From assembly GCF_006345805.1 (NCBI RefSeq), contig NW_021836279.1, forward strand, positions 1 through 24,730: DNA of 24,730 nucleotides, written 5' to 3'. The number at the start of each line of letters is the position of its first letter. Position 1 is the stretch's first letter. This stretch comes from Octopus sinensis (Eukaryota). The notes below the pieces were generated by a model. It was not told the DNA's origin and searched no databases. It saw only the letters and a list, made by a program, of their open reading frames with translations. Below, in pieces: positions 1 to 8,707 of the stretch. Position numbers and translations under genes: made by a program.

Positions 1-116
1 CTGGAGAATTTCTATTTCTACATATTTTATTTTGTACATATATGGGGTACTTAATTGTGCTTATGACTTAGTGCTTGCTTCTTCCATGGGTATAAGTAAG
101 TATTTCATTTATTCCT

Positions 117-186
117 TTGCCGCATTTATCACTGACGAAGAGAAGGTTCTTATGAACTAACTCTGAAATCAGGTCCGATATGGTAA
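117..186 (+). ncRNA. Type I hammerhead ribozyme-like motif (probable Penelope-like element remnant)
   Basis: Core CTGACGA at 132-138 and GAAA at 165-168. Stem II is AGAG/CTCT plus GGTTC-TTAT-GAACT. Stem III is short (ATC-A-GGT) with a GUC triplet at 173-175. Stem I is TATC/GATA plus TTGCCG/TGGTAA with a 4-nt bulge and an A131.C176 mismatch. Confidence 0.6.
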
Positions 187-354
187 TAACGGAATTTTTA
201 GAAATTTCTGTTAGCTTTCTTCGATACACGTGCTTATAGTGATGAATTATATGGTTATGGACGATGTGTCTAGTTTCGGCATATTTAGCATTAGAATTTT
301 TTTGCTTTGCCCTTGTTTATAAGTTGTATATATATGTGTGTGTGGAGTGAGGTG

Positions 355-442
355 TAAGGATAAGATCGTTAATTCAAATATATAATAACGATTTTATCAA
401 GTGGTCAGCATGGAAAAAATAACCTTCAAAGGTAATAATTAT
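355..442 (-). repeat. Dispersed repeat; inverted homolog of 18953-19034
   Basis: The reverse complement (ATAATTATTACCTTTGAAGG...CCATGCTG.CCACTTGATAA...TTAACGATCTTATCCTTA) aligns by eye with 18953-19034. Confidence 0.8.
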
Positions 443-590
443 TAAAATTATAAATTAGGGTATCTACGAGATACCACCATACTGAAAATAGCAGCCATGA
501 TCTGACTCTAAAACCACCTTAATTGTCCATATATCAACACGGAGAGAAAACAAAGAGACAAGATGAAACTAGTAAAAGAATTACTGGATA

Positions 591-649
591 ATTTTAGATC
601 CCGGATTTCTGACTTTGCATTTAGGAATGCTTTGCTTCGTCAGTAAAAT
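591..649 (-). ncRNA. Type I hammerhead ribozyme-like motif
   Basis: On the minus strand: stem I ATTTTA/TAAAAT (perfect 6 bp), CTGACGA (643-637), stem II with inner GCATT-CCTA-AATGC but a degenerate base, GAAA (609-606), stem III ATCC-G-GGAT, and an AUC triplet ending at 597. Confidence 0.6.
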
Positions 650-716
650 ATACACAGAAGAGAAGCATAAATACATATATATATAAATACAACATACAAA
701 TATATATATATATCTA

Positions 717-904
717 GGCGCAGGAGTGGGTGTGTCGTATGTAGCATACTTCCCAAATACATGGTTCCGGGTTCGGTCCCACTACGTGGCACCTTGGATA
801 AGTGTCTTCTACTATAGCCTCGTGCCAACCAAATCCTTGTGATTGGATTTGGTAGACGGAAACTGAAAGAAGCCCGTCGTATATATGTATATATATTATA
901 TATA

Positions 905-937
<33 letters not shown>

Positions 938-1150
938 AATGTGTGTGTGTTGCGTGTCTGTGTTTGTTCCCCTAAACATCGCTTGACAACCGATGCTGGT
1001 GTGTTTATGTCCCCGTAACTTAGCGGTTCGGCAAGAAAGACCGATCGAATAAGTACTAGGCTTACAAAGAATAAGGTCCTGGGTTGATTTGCTCGACTAA
1101 AGGCGGTGCTCCATCATGGCAGCAGTCAAATGACTGAAACAAGTAAAGAG
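717..1150 (+). mobile_element. tRNA-derived SINE, family A, full length with internal (TA)n(TG)n
   Basis: Head GGCGCAGGAGTGG...TGG/GGTTCGGTCCC (A/B-box-like), CORE-like CCTTGG.TAAGTG and 3' end CAGTCAAATGACTGAAACAAGTAAAGA. Homologous copies lie at 2001-2406, 15752-15891, 18130-18335 and 19360-19525. Resembles the tRNA-derived octopus SINEs (OK/OR families); exact family not verified. Confidence 0.88.
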
Positions 1151-1184
1151 ATATATGTTGAATGGCATTGTGTGTATATGCATA

Positions 1185-1193
1185 TATATATGT

Positions 1194-1263
<70 letters not shown>

Positions 1264-1289
1264 TTATATATATATACGTATATTATATA

Positions 1290-1333
<44 letters not shown>

Positions 1334-1424
1334 ATATATATATATATATAATTAATCAATATAGGGTGGCAAAAAAATTCAGCAGAATTATTTGCCACCA
1401 TTATTTGAAATTTTGCTGTGGAAT

Positions 1425-1507
<83 letters not shown>

Positions 1508-1532
1508 TGTATGTATGTATGTATGTATGTAT
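1185..1532. repeat. (TA)n and (TATG)n microsatellites
   Basis: Directly visible simple repeats at about 1185-1350 and 1425-1532. Confidence 0.95.
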
Positions 1533-1616
1533 TTGCTTCTTAATACTTCGTTTTCGAAAAAAAATATACAGCTACTGTTATTAGAAGGTAAGTACAAGCA
1601 GAGCAACACGGTAGTT

Positions 1617-1665
1617 GGTTTTGCATTTCGTCCTTTTGTGGTCGATAAAATAAGTACCAGTGTCT
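1617..1665 (+). mobile_element. SINE family B central-domain fragment
   Basis: TTTGCATTTCGTCCTTTTGTGGTCGATAAAATAAGTACCAGT matches the family B core TTTGCCTTTCATCCTTTCGGGGTCGATAAATTAAGTACCAGT. Confidence 0.65.
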
Positions 1666-2000
1666 ATAGTGGAAAGGATTATACTTGATAGACATCGTGG
1701 TGTTGGAACAGTAAACCTCTGAACAGCAGAAGAAGAATACAGATGTATTTGGTGTTGATATATAGCTGTTTACACACGAAGGCAGCTTATGAACAAACGT
1801 TTATAATACGCCATTGGAGCAATATTTTAAACATTGAGAAACATTGAAGTATATTTAAAAAATCCTTATAAACTCTATGTAAAATCCACGAAATACAAGA
1901 AATAATGCTTTTTATTGGAATGATTTAAATTTCGGAAGGTATTTTAGAAAAATGGAATGAGTAAGAATATATGTTTTGTGCGTAATGACTACTCTAACTC

Positions 2001-2406
2001 TCTTTTACTTTTTTACTTGTTTCAGTCAGTTGACTGTGGCCATGCTGGAGCACCGTCTTTAGTCGAGCAACTCGACCCCGGGACTTATTCTTTGTAATCC
2101 CAGTACTTATTCTATCGGTCTCTTTTGCCGAACCGCTAAGTGACGGGGACATAAACACACCAGCATCGGTTGTCAAGCGATGCTAGGGGGACAAACACAG
2201 ACACACAAACATACACGCACACATATATATATACATATATATACGACGGGATTCTTTCAGTTTCCGTCTACCAAATCCACTCACAAGGCTTTGGTCGGCC
2301 CGAGGCTATAGTAGAAGACACTTGCCCAAGGTGCCACGCAGTGGGACTGAACCCGGAACCATGTGGTTCGTAAGCAAGCTACTTACCACACAGCCACTCC
2401 TGCGCC
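2001..2406 (-). mobile_element. tRNA-derived SINE, family A, full length
   Basis: Reverse-complement homolog of 717-1150, including the head (ending TGCGCC on the plus strand at 2406), the internal microsatellite and the TTTTACTTGTTTCAGTC tail. Confidence 0.9.
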
Positions 2407-3044
2407 TAGTTTAGAAATCATAAAATGTTTTACTCTCTTTTCTAACTTGGCAAATATCAAAATGAAAAATGGATTTTCCCGACAATATTTAAATATACTG
2501 ACCAGCTGAGCTCTCGCACTCAACACCTGTTGCGACTATGCACAGCTGCTGATCAAAATAAACTTCGATTTGTTGATAAAAGCTTTTTTTTTCCCTCGTG
2601 ATGTGGCTTGGTTTTTGTTCGGTCCACGTAACAAACAATTTAACGTGCTTAGAAAAATAACATTTACAGTAAAGAACTAAAAGCGGTCTGGTAAAATGTC
2701 CAGCATTTTAAATACTCAATCATTAGTCACGGTAAATCGCCTTGGACTTCAATTCTTATTACAGAGGAACATTTTACTATAATCTTTTACACCAAAGACA
2801 TTTGCAAAATATTTCCATTTTGAAACTGTGTGAGCAGTTCCTTTCTATTACAAATCAGAGTAATCGGAATTTCTTAAAGGTAAATTACGTAATGTTTTTT
2901 GCTGGTTTTTTTTTTCTCTCGGTAAAATATAATCTGTACAGTCGATTAAATTATCTGGGGTATTTTACGGGTACTTGTCCCGTTGATTCTGAGAAAGTGA
3001 AAAATATGAAAAAAATAAAATAAAATAAATTTAAAAACCTTATC

Positions 3045-3132
3045 GGACGCGATGGAATTCGAACTCGGAAATAAGAGGTGTCAAAATAGACATCATAAAG
3101 TCTGTCACCTGACTGTTTTAGCCTTCGCGTCA
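3045..3132 (-). mobile_element. Degenerate tRNA-like SINE head
   Basis: Minus-strand B-box-like CCGAGTTCGAATTCC resembling the family B GAGTTCAAATTCC; the rest is diverged. Confidence 0.3.
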
Positions 3133-3818
3133 CTTGTATCACCCTAGAAAATTGTATAAATGTGTAACATCCGCATTTTGTTTAGCCCCCAACATCAACA
3201 GCTATCAAATTATGTGATTTATATATATATACGTCGTTATGAAGTGTCAAGTCTTAACGAAAGCGAACTCAAAATAATTCAAATTATCTAATTTCATATG
3301 TTGGTAACATTGTGAAAAAGTACCATCTAATTTGAAGCAGGAAGCTGCACTTCCTTCAAGTACCCCTGCTATCTAAAATCAAACCTTGACTTAATAAAAT
3401 GTTTTTCTCTTTCCACCACAAATACGAAGCCATCATCCTATTTCTACTCTCTCTCTCTCGCTCGCTCGCTCTCTCTTTCACACACATACACGCACACACT
3501 CGTTTTCTCTGCCTCTCACCGTCTCTCTTTCTGTCTCTCTATCTATTTTTGTTTCCTCCTCTCTCCCTCTCTTCATTCTTTCTCATTGTTTTGAAAACAA
3601 TACACGACGGCAGTTTATAAGTCTAGCTCGCATTCTATTATAATTTTTCATATCTCGCAATGATTATCTTTTCATCTAACTCAAATTGCAACCTAAAAAA
3701 CGTAAATAAACACTTTCTATTCTGAAAATCTGCGGCAAATGAAAATGATGTGTTTAATCGCCATCAAATAAAACGCCACCCTTGAAATTTGTAGAAAAAC
3801 CTTTGTTCCCGTTATTAA

Positions 3819-3989
3819 GCCATTCAAGTAGAGAGCAATGTCTCTACGTGACCGCTCGACCTGCTAGATATAGCAGCCTGATCTCTTTCAAATCACATCT
3901 TGTATAATGTGGTCCCGAATCCCAAAGACGGGATAGTCACGGTTGGATTACCTTTGGTCATAGGTCTACTCGATTAGAGCTGAACTAGA

Positions 3990-3990
<1 letters not shown>
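3819..3990 (+). mobile_element. SINE-like family C fragment
   Basis: 3819-3972 is an inverted copy of 4445-4598 (9 mismatches in 154 nt). The motif CTCGACCTGCTAGA.ATAGCAGCC recurs at 22055-22288 and 22624-22680. Confidence 0.8.
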
Positions 3991-4025
<35 letters not shown>

Positions 4026-4050
4026 GTCATCATCATCATCATCATCATCA
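3990..4050. repeat. (TCA)n microsatellite between two convergent elements
   Basis: About 20 TCA units, directly visible. Confidence 0.95.
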
Positions 4051-4790
4051 GGTATCATCTGCTTTCCGCAGGTTCAATATTAAGGATCTCCATTCGGTTA
4101 GTCAAAGATCCATGATCTATCGCGGGTGCAGTTATACACATGGTGGAGTCCCAATTCTTTTTACGACGTTGACTACGAGTCTGTATTCCATGAAGAGAGT
4201 GTCCTAGCTACGCCACACATCTTGCTGTCACTGCCTTGTGAGCCATTGACCAAAATGGATTATTCTCTCCCATCTAACATTTGTGCCTTCGTACTTTTAA
4301 GGGCCAACGTCCCCTGCTCAGCAGTCCTTCCTAGATTGCTGATTACCTCGAATTTCTTTTGCTCACTAGCCGAAGTGGGGTACGTTGCCGTCTGCCATTT
4401 CAGTCTTCGTGCACTCAAGGGTTGACGTACCCCGTACAGCGATCCGAGTAGATCTATGACCAAAGGTAATCCAACCGTGACTATCCCGTCTTTGCGACTC
4501 GGGACCACATTATACAGGATGTCATTTGAAGGAGATCAGGCTGCTATTTCTAGCAGGTCGAGCGGTCACGTAGAGGCATTGCTCTCTACTCGAATGGCCG
4601 ACAAATTACGCTTACCCTCGACTTAGCTTTGCTCCCTAGCAGAAGGGAGATGCTATGGTATGGCCACAGATATGCACTACCGACTTCTTGGAATCCCAAG
4701 TGGGAGCTGTGTCGGTGACCAGTGCGCCAATCCGCGCCTGAGGATGCGCGGCTGACGAGTCTACAAAAGCACCGTTCCTTATTATACCAA
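4051..4790 (-). mobile_element. Composite non-autonomous retroposon: structured GC-rich 5' part, family C domain, RTE-like 3' part, (TGA)n tail
   Basis: Contains the family C block at 4445-4598. On the minus strand it ends ...GCGGAAAGCAGATGATACC-(TGA)n. A frameshifted RDRS-W-RSLTNR-like remnant near the 3' end resembles LINE C-termini. The 5' boundary is uncertain. Confidence 0.5.
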
Positions 4791-4851
4791 ACGCTACATG
4801 CAACTTCAATATTCTGTTTAAGCCAAAATTATTGTTATCTATTACTTTCAG

Positions 4852-4968
4852 TGTTGTTCAAATAAATAATAACAGATATATGATTATGATGGTTTTTCCG
4901 TTGGTAACGACGATGAGCGTTGGATTGTTTGAGAAAGTGAATTTTTAGTAATTCTATGTATTTAAAGC
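4852..4968 (+). other. Candidate non-coding (5'UTR) exon
   Basis: Acceptor TTATCTATTACTTTCAG (AG at 4850-4851) and donor AAGC|GTAAGT (GT at 4969-4970). All three frames contain stops. Confidence 0.3.
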
Positions 4969-5034
4969 GTAAGTGGCTGAATAATTCATTGTGTGTACTT
5001 ATATCAGAACGACCCAATACAGTATAATCCATAG

Positions 5035-5159
5035 TGAGAGAGGGAGCGAGAGAGAGAGAGAGAGAGAGAGAGAAGAAGAAGAAGAAGAAAAAGAAGAAGA
5101 AGAAGAAGAAGAAGAAGAAGAAGAAGAAGAGAAGAAGAAGAAGAAGAAGAAGAAGAAGA
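5035..5159. repeat. (GA)n-(GAA)n polypurine tract
   Basis: About 125 nt, almost purely A/G. Confidence 0.95.
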
Positions 5160-5604
5160 CTTCACCCCAGGATTGGACTCGTACTATGTTTCCTAAACCG
5201 GTCCCGGAAGGATAAAGGACAAAGTTCACCTCTTGGTAGGATTTGAAGGAAGAGTAACGCGATCAGAAACGGACACAGCAAGACACTCTACTTACCCTGC
5301 CCATACGTCGTCTAAGACATCTAACATCACTCGAGATAACCTTAGTCCTACTTCTTTTCTCTTTTGTCTTTGTATTTATTCATATAAGAAGGTCTAAGAG
5401 TACATATACACTGAAATTAGCCAGATGGAAATGAAATTTCCTTTCTGAAACTTCCGGTGGCGGAGGACAGCAAGTTAGCTTGAGCTACAGAGCTACAAAA
5501 ATTAGTTTTGTACGACATATTTGGTGGGCGTACACAGCAATGTTATTTGTTTTTATTTTATATTTTCCAGTGTAGCCTTTAATCATAGACAATACTAATG
5601 AAGT

Positions 5605-5616
5605 ATATACATACAT

Positions 5617-5683
<67 letters not shown>

Positions 5684-5778
5684 AATATAGATACTATTTG
5701 TACATATTATATATATACTATATATACATATATATAATTTGTATATAAAGTATATTTGTGTATATATATAGTATTATG

Positions 5779-5833
<55 letters not shown>

Positions 5834-6010
5834 ATAATATATGAATCTCCACTCTCCTCTTGGTTTTCAATTATATATAATATATATATATATACATGCA
5901 TATATGCATACATACACGAACACATAAAAATGAAAGTATAATATATACATGCACATATGTACAGGTGTTTGCGTATTATGTATGTGTGTGTGTGTGTGTG
6001 TGTGTGTAAC
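5605..6010. repeat. (TA)n/(TG)n microsatellite cluster
   Basis: Directly visible simple repeats. Confidence 0.9.
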
Positions 6011-6557
6011 TGTATGTGTATGTAAGATTCGCCAATTTAGAGCCAAGCACAATACTGTCTACGAGGGGTGCTCTTTGATGCTCGTTGCAGGAAGCAAATT
6101 CTGGCATTTAGTTTTGCAGCCTCAGAATAGAATTTCAAGTAGCAGCGATTATTATCAGTCTAAAATAATATATACATATATACACGCTATGATCCGTATA
6201 ACTGGTCTATTGTGTTAAAAATAATATATGCATATTTATGATCCATATAAATGACTTTTTTTTGTTAATTGATGCACCAAATTAATTCCATCTGCGTTTT
6301 TATGTGTTGTGCACCAATTAAAAATGCAGCTAATTTATTTTATTATTTTATTTCCTGATGTTCCAACTAATTTGGGGCAATTATTTCCATCTGTGATAGT
6401 TTTTATATTTGCTGTCTGTTTCAAGTCAAAGAAGGTCAGCGTTATCATTCGGGTTTGTCTCCCCTTTTCTTTCTATCTTTCAGTTATCAATGTTCTGTGT
6501 CTAACGATGCAGAACCAACAAAAAGATAGTTATTAGTCTTGCTTTTGACGTTTAGCA

Positions 6558-6757
6558 GGCAGAATCGTTAGCACACCGGGCAAAATGCTTAGCAGTATTT
6601 CGCCAATCGCTACGTTCTGAGTTCAAATTCCGCCGAGGTTGACTTTGCCTTTCATCCTTTCGGGGACGATAAATGAAGTACCAATGAAAGAATGGGACCA
6701 ATGTAATCGACTATCGCCCTCCCCTAAATTTCAGGCTTTGTGCCTACTGTAGAAAGG

Positions 6758-6823
<66 letters not shown>
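6558..6823 (+). mobile_element. tRNA-derived SINE family B with (ATT)22 tail
   Basis: GGCAGAATCGTTAGCAC...GAGTTCAAATTCCGCCGAGGTTGACTTTGCCTTTCATCCTTTCGGGG...GTAGAAAGG, followed by (ATT)n at 6758-6823. Resembles octopus OR-type SINEs from recall. Confidence 0.88.
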
Positions 6824-6826
<3 letters not shown>

Positions 6827-7977
6827 TAGTTTTATTTTTATAGCGTGCTTTCACTTCACTACCGAGCGCAGCTCTGTGTGCCTTGGGTATGTGCTGTGAT
6901 TTGTTGTGATGCTCTGATGGTTATTGTATGGAAAGTGTTCTGCGTAGGATGTGTGCAGTGCCTAGTAGTGCAATTTTATGTATGTTATATGTGTTTGTAA
7001 GTCCTGGTGTTTTTGTTATGTATTTGTCTGAATATATTTTTATCATGCCTAATGCACCTACTATGATAAGAATTGTTTCTGTTTTTAGATTCCACATTCT
7101 GGTTACCTCTATTTCTAGGTCTTTGTATTTTGAGAGTTTCTCCATTTCTTTTAGAGACACGTTGTCATCAGCCGGTATTGATACATCAATTAGAAAGCAT
7201 TTTTTCTTCATGATCTTTGACAACTATATCTGGTCTGTTAGCCTTAATTTCTCTATCTGTGTGTATCGGCATATCCCAGAGTATGGTTGCTTTCTCGTTT
7301 TCTGTGACCTTTTCTGGTGTGTGCCTATACCATCTTTTTTCTGTTGTTATTCCATAATGTTGGCATAGCTTCCAATGTATGTAGGTTCCAACTCTGTCAT
7401 GTCTGTGAATATATTCCTTCTTAGCCAGGACTGGGCAGCTAGAGATAATATGATTTATTGTTTCTTGTCCATCCACCTATTCTGCAGTTACTTGTTATAT
7501 TTCTTTTCATTACATGTTTTTGGTAATTTCTGGTGGGGAGGCTTTGGTCTTGTGCTGCCATTAAAAATCCCTCTGTTTCTGCTTTGAGTCCTGAGCTTCT
7601 CAACCATTGCTGGGATTTTTCTTTGTCTATTTCTTTTGCGTTTAGTTTAGTCCAGTATTTACCATGAAGGGGCTTTTCTTGCCATCGTTTTATCATGGTT
7701 CGTTGCTGTTCTATTTTTAGTTTGGATTTCATTTGTTTTATAGCTTTTGTTGTTTCTTCATCTTCTTCTTCTTCTTTTTCATATTTATTAGGTGGTATGA
7801 TTTCTTGTTTTTATTTGTCAGCTTCCTTAAATACTGAGAACAGTTTTTTGTTTTGCTCGTGTTTTGCCGCTATTTGTATCAGTTTTCCTTCCTTCTGAAG
7901 TAGATATTTTTGCAATCCTATGGTGGTTATTTTATAGTAGTTTTCCAGTTGTATAAGGCCTCTACCACCTTCTATAC

Positions 7978-7978
<1 letters not shown>
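6824..7978 (-). mobile_element. 5'-truncated R4/Dong-clade non-LTR retrotransposon (RT thumb, CCHC knuckle, restriction-like endonuclease, 3'UTR); pseudogenised
   Basis: Joined minus-strand frames read RIEGGRGL...PLHGKYW...ETEGFLMAAQDQSLPTRNY...CR(x)..ETINHIISSC..LAKKEYIHRHDRV...IHWKLC...ILWD...NRPDIVV...LIDVSIP...KEMEKLSKYKDL...GALG...LLGTAHILR*. There is a premature stop at 7813-7811 and frameshifts near 7472 and 7203. The terminal stop is at 6923-6921. Confidence 0.9.

Positions 7979-8040
<62 letters not shown>
7979..8040. repeat. (ATT)n microsatellite
   Basis: Pure trinucleotide tract abutting the 5' truncation point of the R4/Dong element. Confidence 0.95.
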
Positions 8041-8549
8041 GAGTGAGAGAGCAGTTCATGCCATCAAAGTGATACTAAGGTACAATTATACGAAGCTCAA
8101 CATACCCATCATGATTACACGTACGGAACATGGTGATCTCATATCAAGATAAACAGCGCACGACATAGCAGGCGGAACCCAGTTAGAATTTTCTTCAAGT
8201 CGAGTAACCCATCCCACTCAAAAGGTCCGTGAATAACGGTCGTTAAGGATGATGCGCGAAACACCCATGTTTCCAGAAGTGAATTATCCAAACCCCAAAG
8301 AATCCCCCTCAACACATGGCTATGATGCTCCCCCACTACTTCTGCTTGTGATCAGAGATGCACATATCGTTAGCCACTAAGGGACATGCTCAACTGGTTA
8401 AGGTCAAACAACTGACAAGCAAATCTGTGTTATTGAGCAGAATATTTGCTGTAGCCCATCTTTTATACCAAGACAAAACAATGTACATAACACTTCCAAT
8501 CAGTTAAGATCAGATCCATGGGAGCGAGTGCCTGGTACTGCATCAGGGC
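8041..8549. mobile_element. Non-coding interspersed element flanked by (ATT)n on both sides (element X)
   Basis: About 510 nt of complex sequence, richer in GC than its flanks, with sharp borders against ATT tracts. No credible ORF and no tRNA-like head. Single copy in this window. Confidence 0.55.
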
Positions 8550-8609
<60 letters not shown>

Positions 8610-8642
8610 GATTATTATTATTCATTATGATTATTAATAATA

Positions 8643-8704
<62 letters not shown>
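8550..8704. repeat. Inverted (ATT)n/(AAT)n quasi-palindrome
   Basis: ATT units switch to AAT units at TTATT|AATAA (8635/8636). Confidence 0.9.

Positions 8705-8706
<2 letters not shown>

Positions 8707-8707
<1 letters not shown>

Noticed and set aside
1106-1688. ORFs rich in YI/MYVC/THTY repeats (also near 5700-6050, 14370-15330, 15739-16740, 17874-18225 and 23161-24113)
   Set aside because: They are translations of TA, TG and TATG microsatellites that lack stop codons; no protein-like content.
4991-5246. polyE/polyK/polyS ORFs
   Set aside because: Translations of the (GA)n(GAA)n tract.
6060-6085. TACGAGGGGTG resembling a mariner TIR start
   Set aside because: No matching inverted end was found nearby.
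6928-7898. Plus-strand ORFs of 146, 70 and 67 aa
   Set aside because: Antisense shadows of the R4/Dong coding remnant.
8490-8549. U2 snRNA-like words (ATCAGTTAAGATCAGAT; CCTGGTACTGCA)
   Set aside because: The matches are short, the spacing is wrong, and there is no Sm site or branch-pairing region; probably chance.
8330-8549. HDV-like ribozyme in element X (GGCTAACG J4/2-like word)
   Set aside because: Could not assign compatible P1, P3, L3 and P1.1 by hand.
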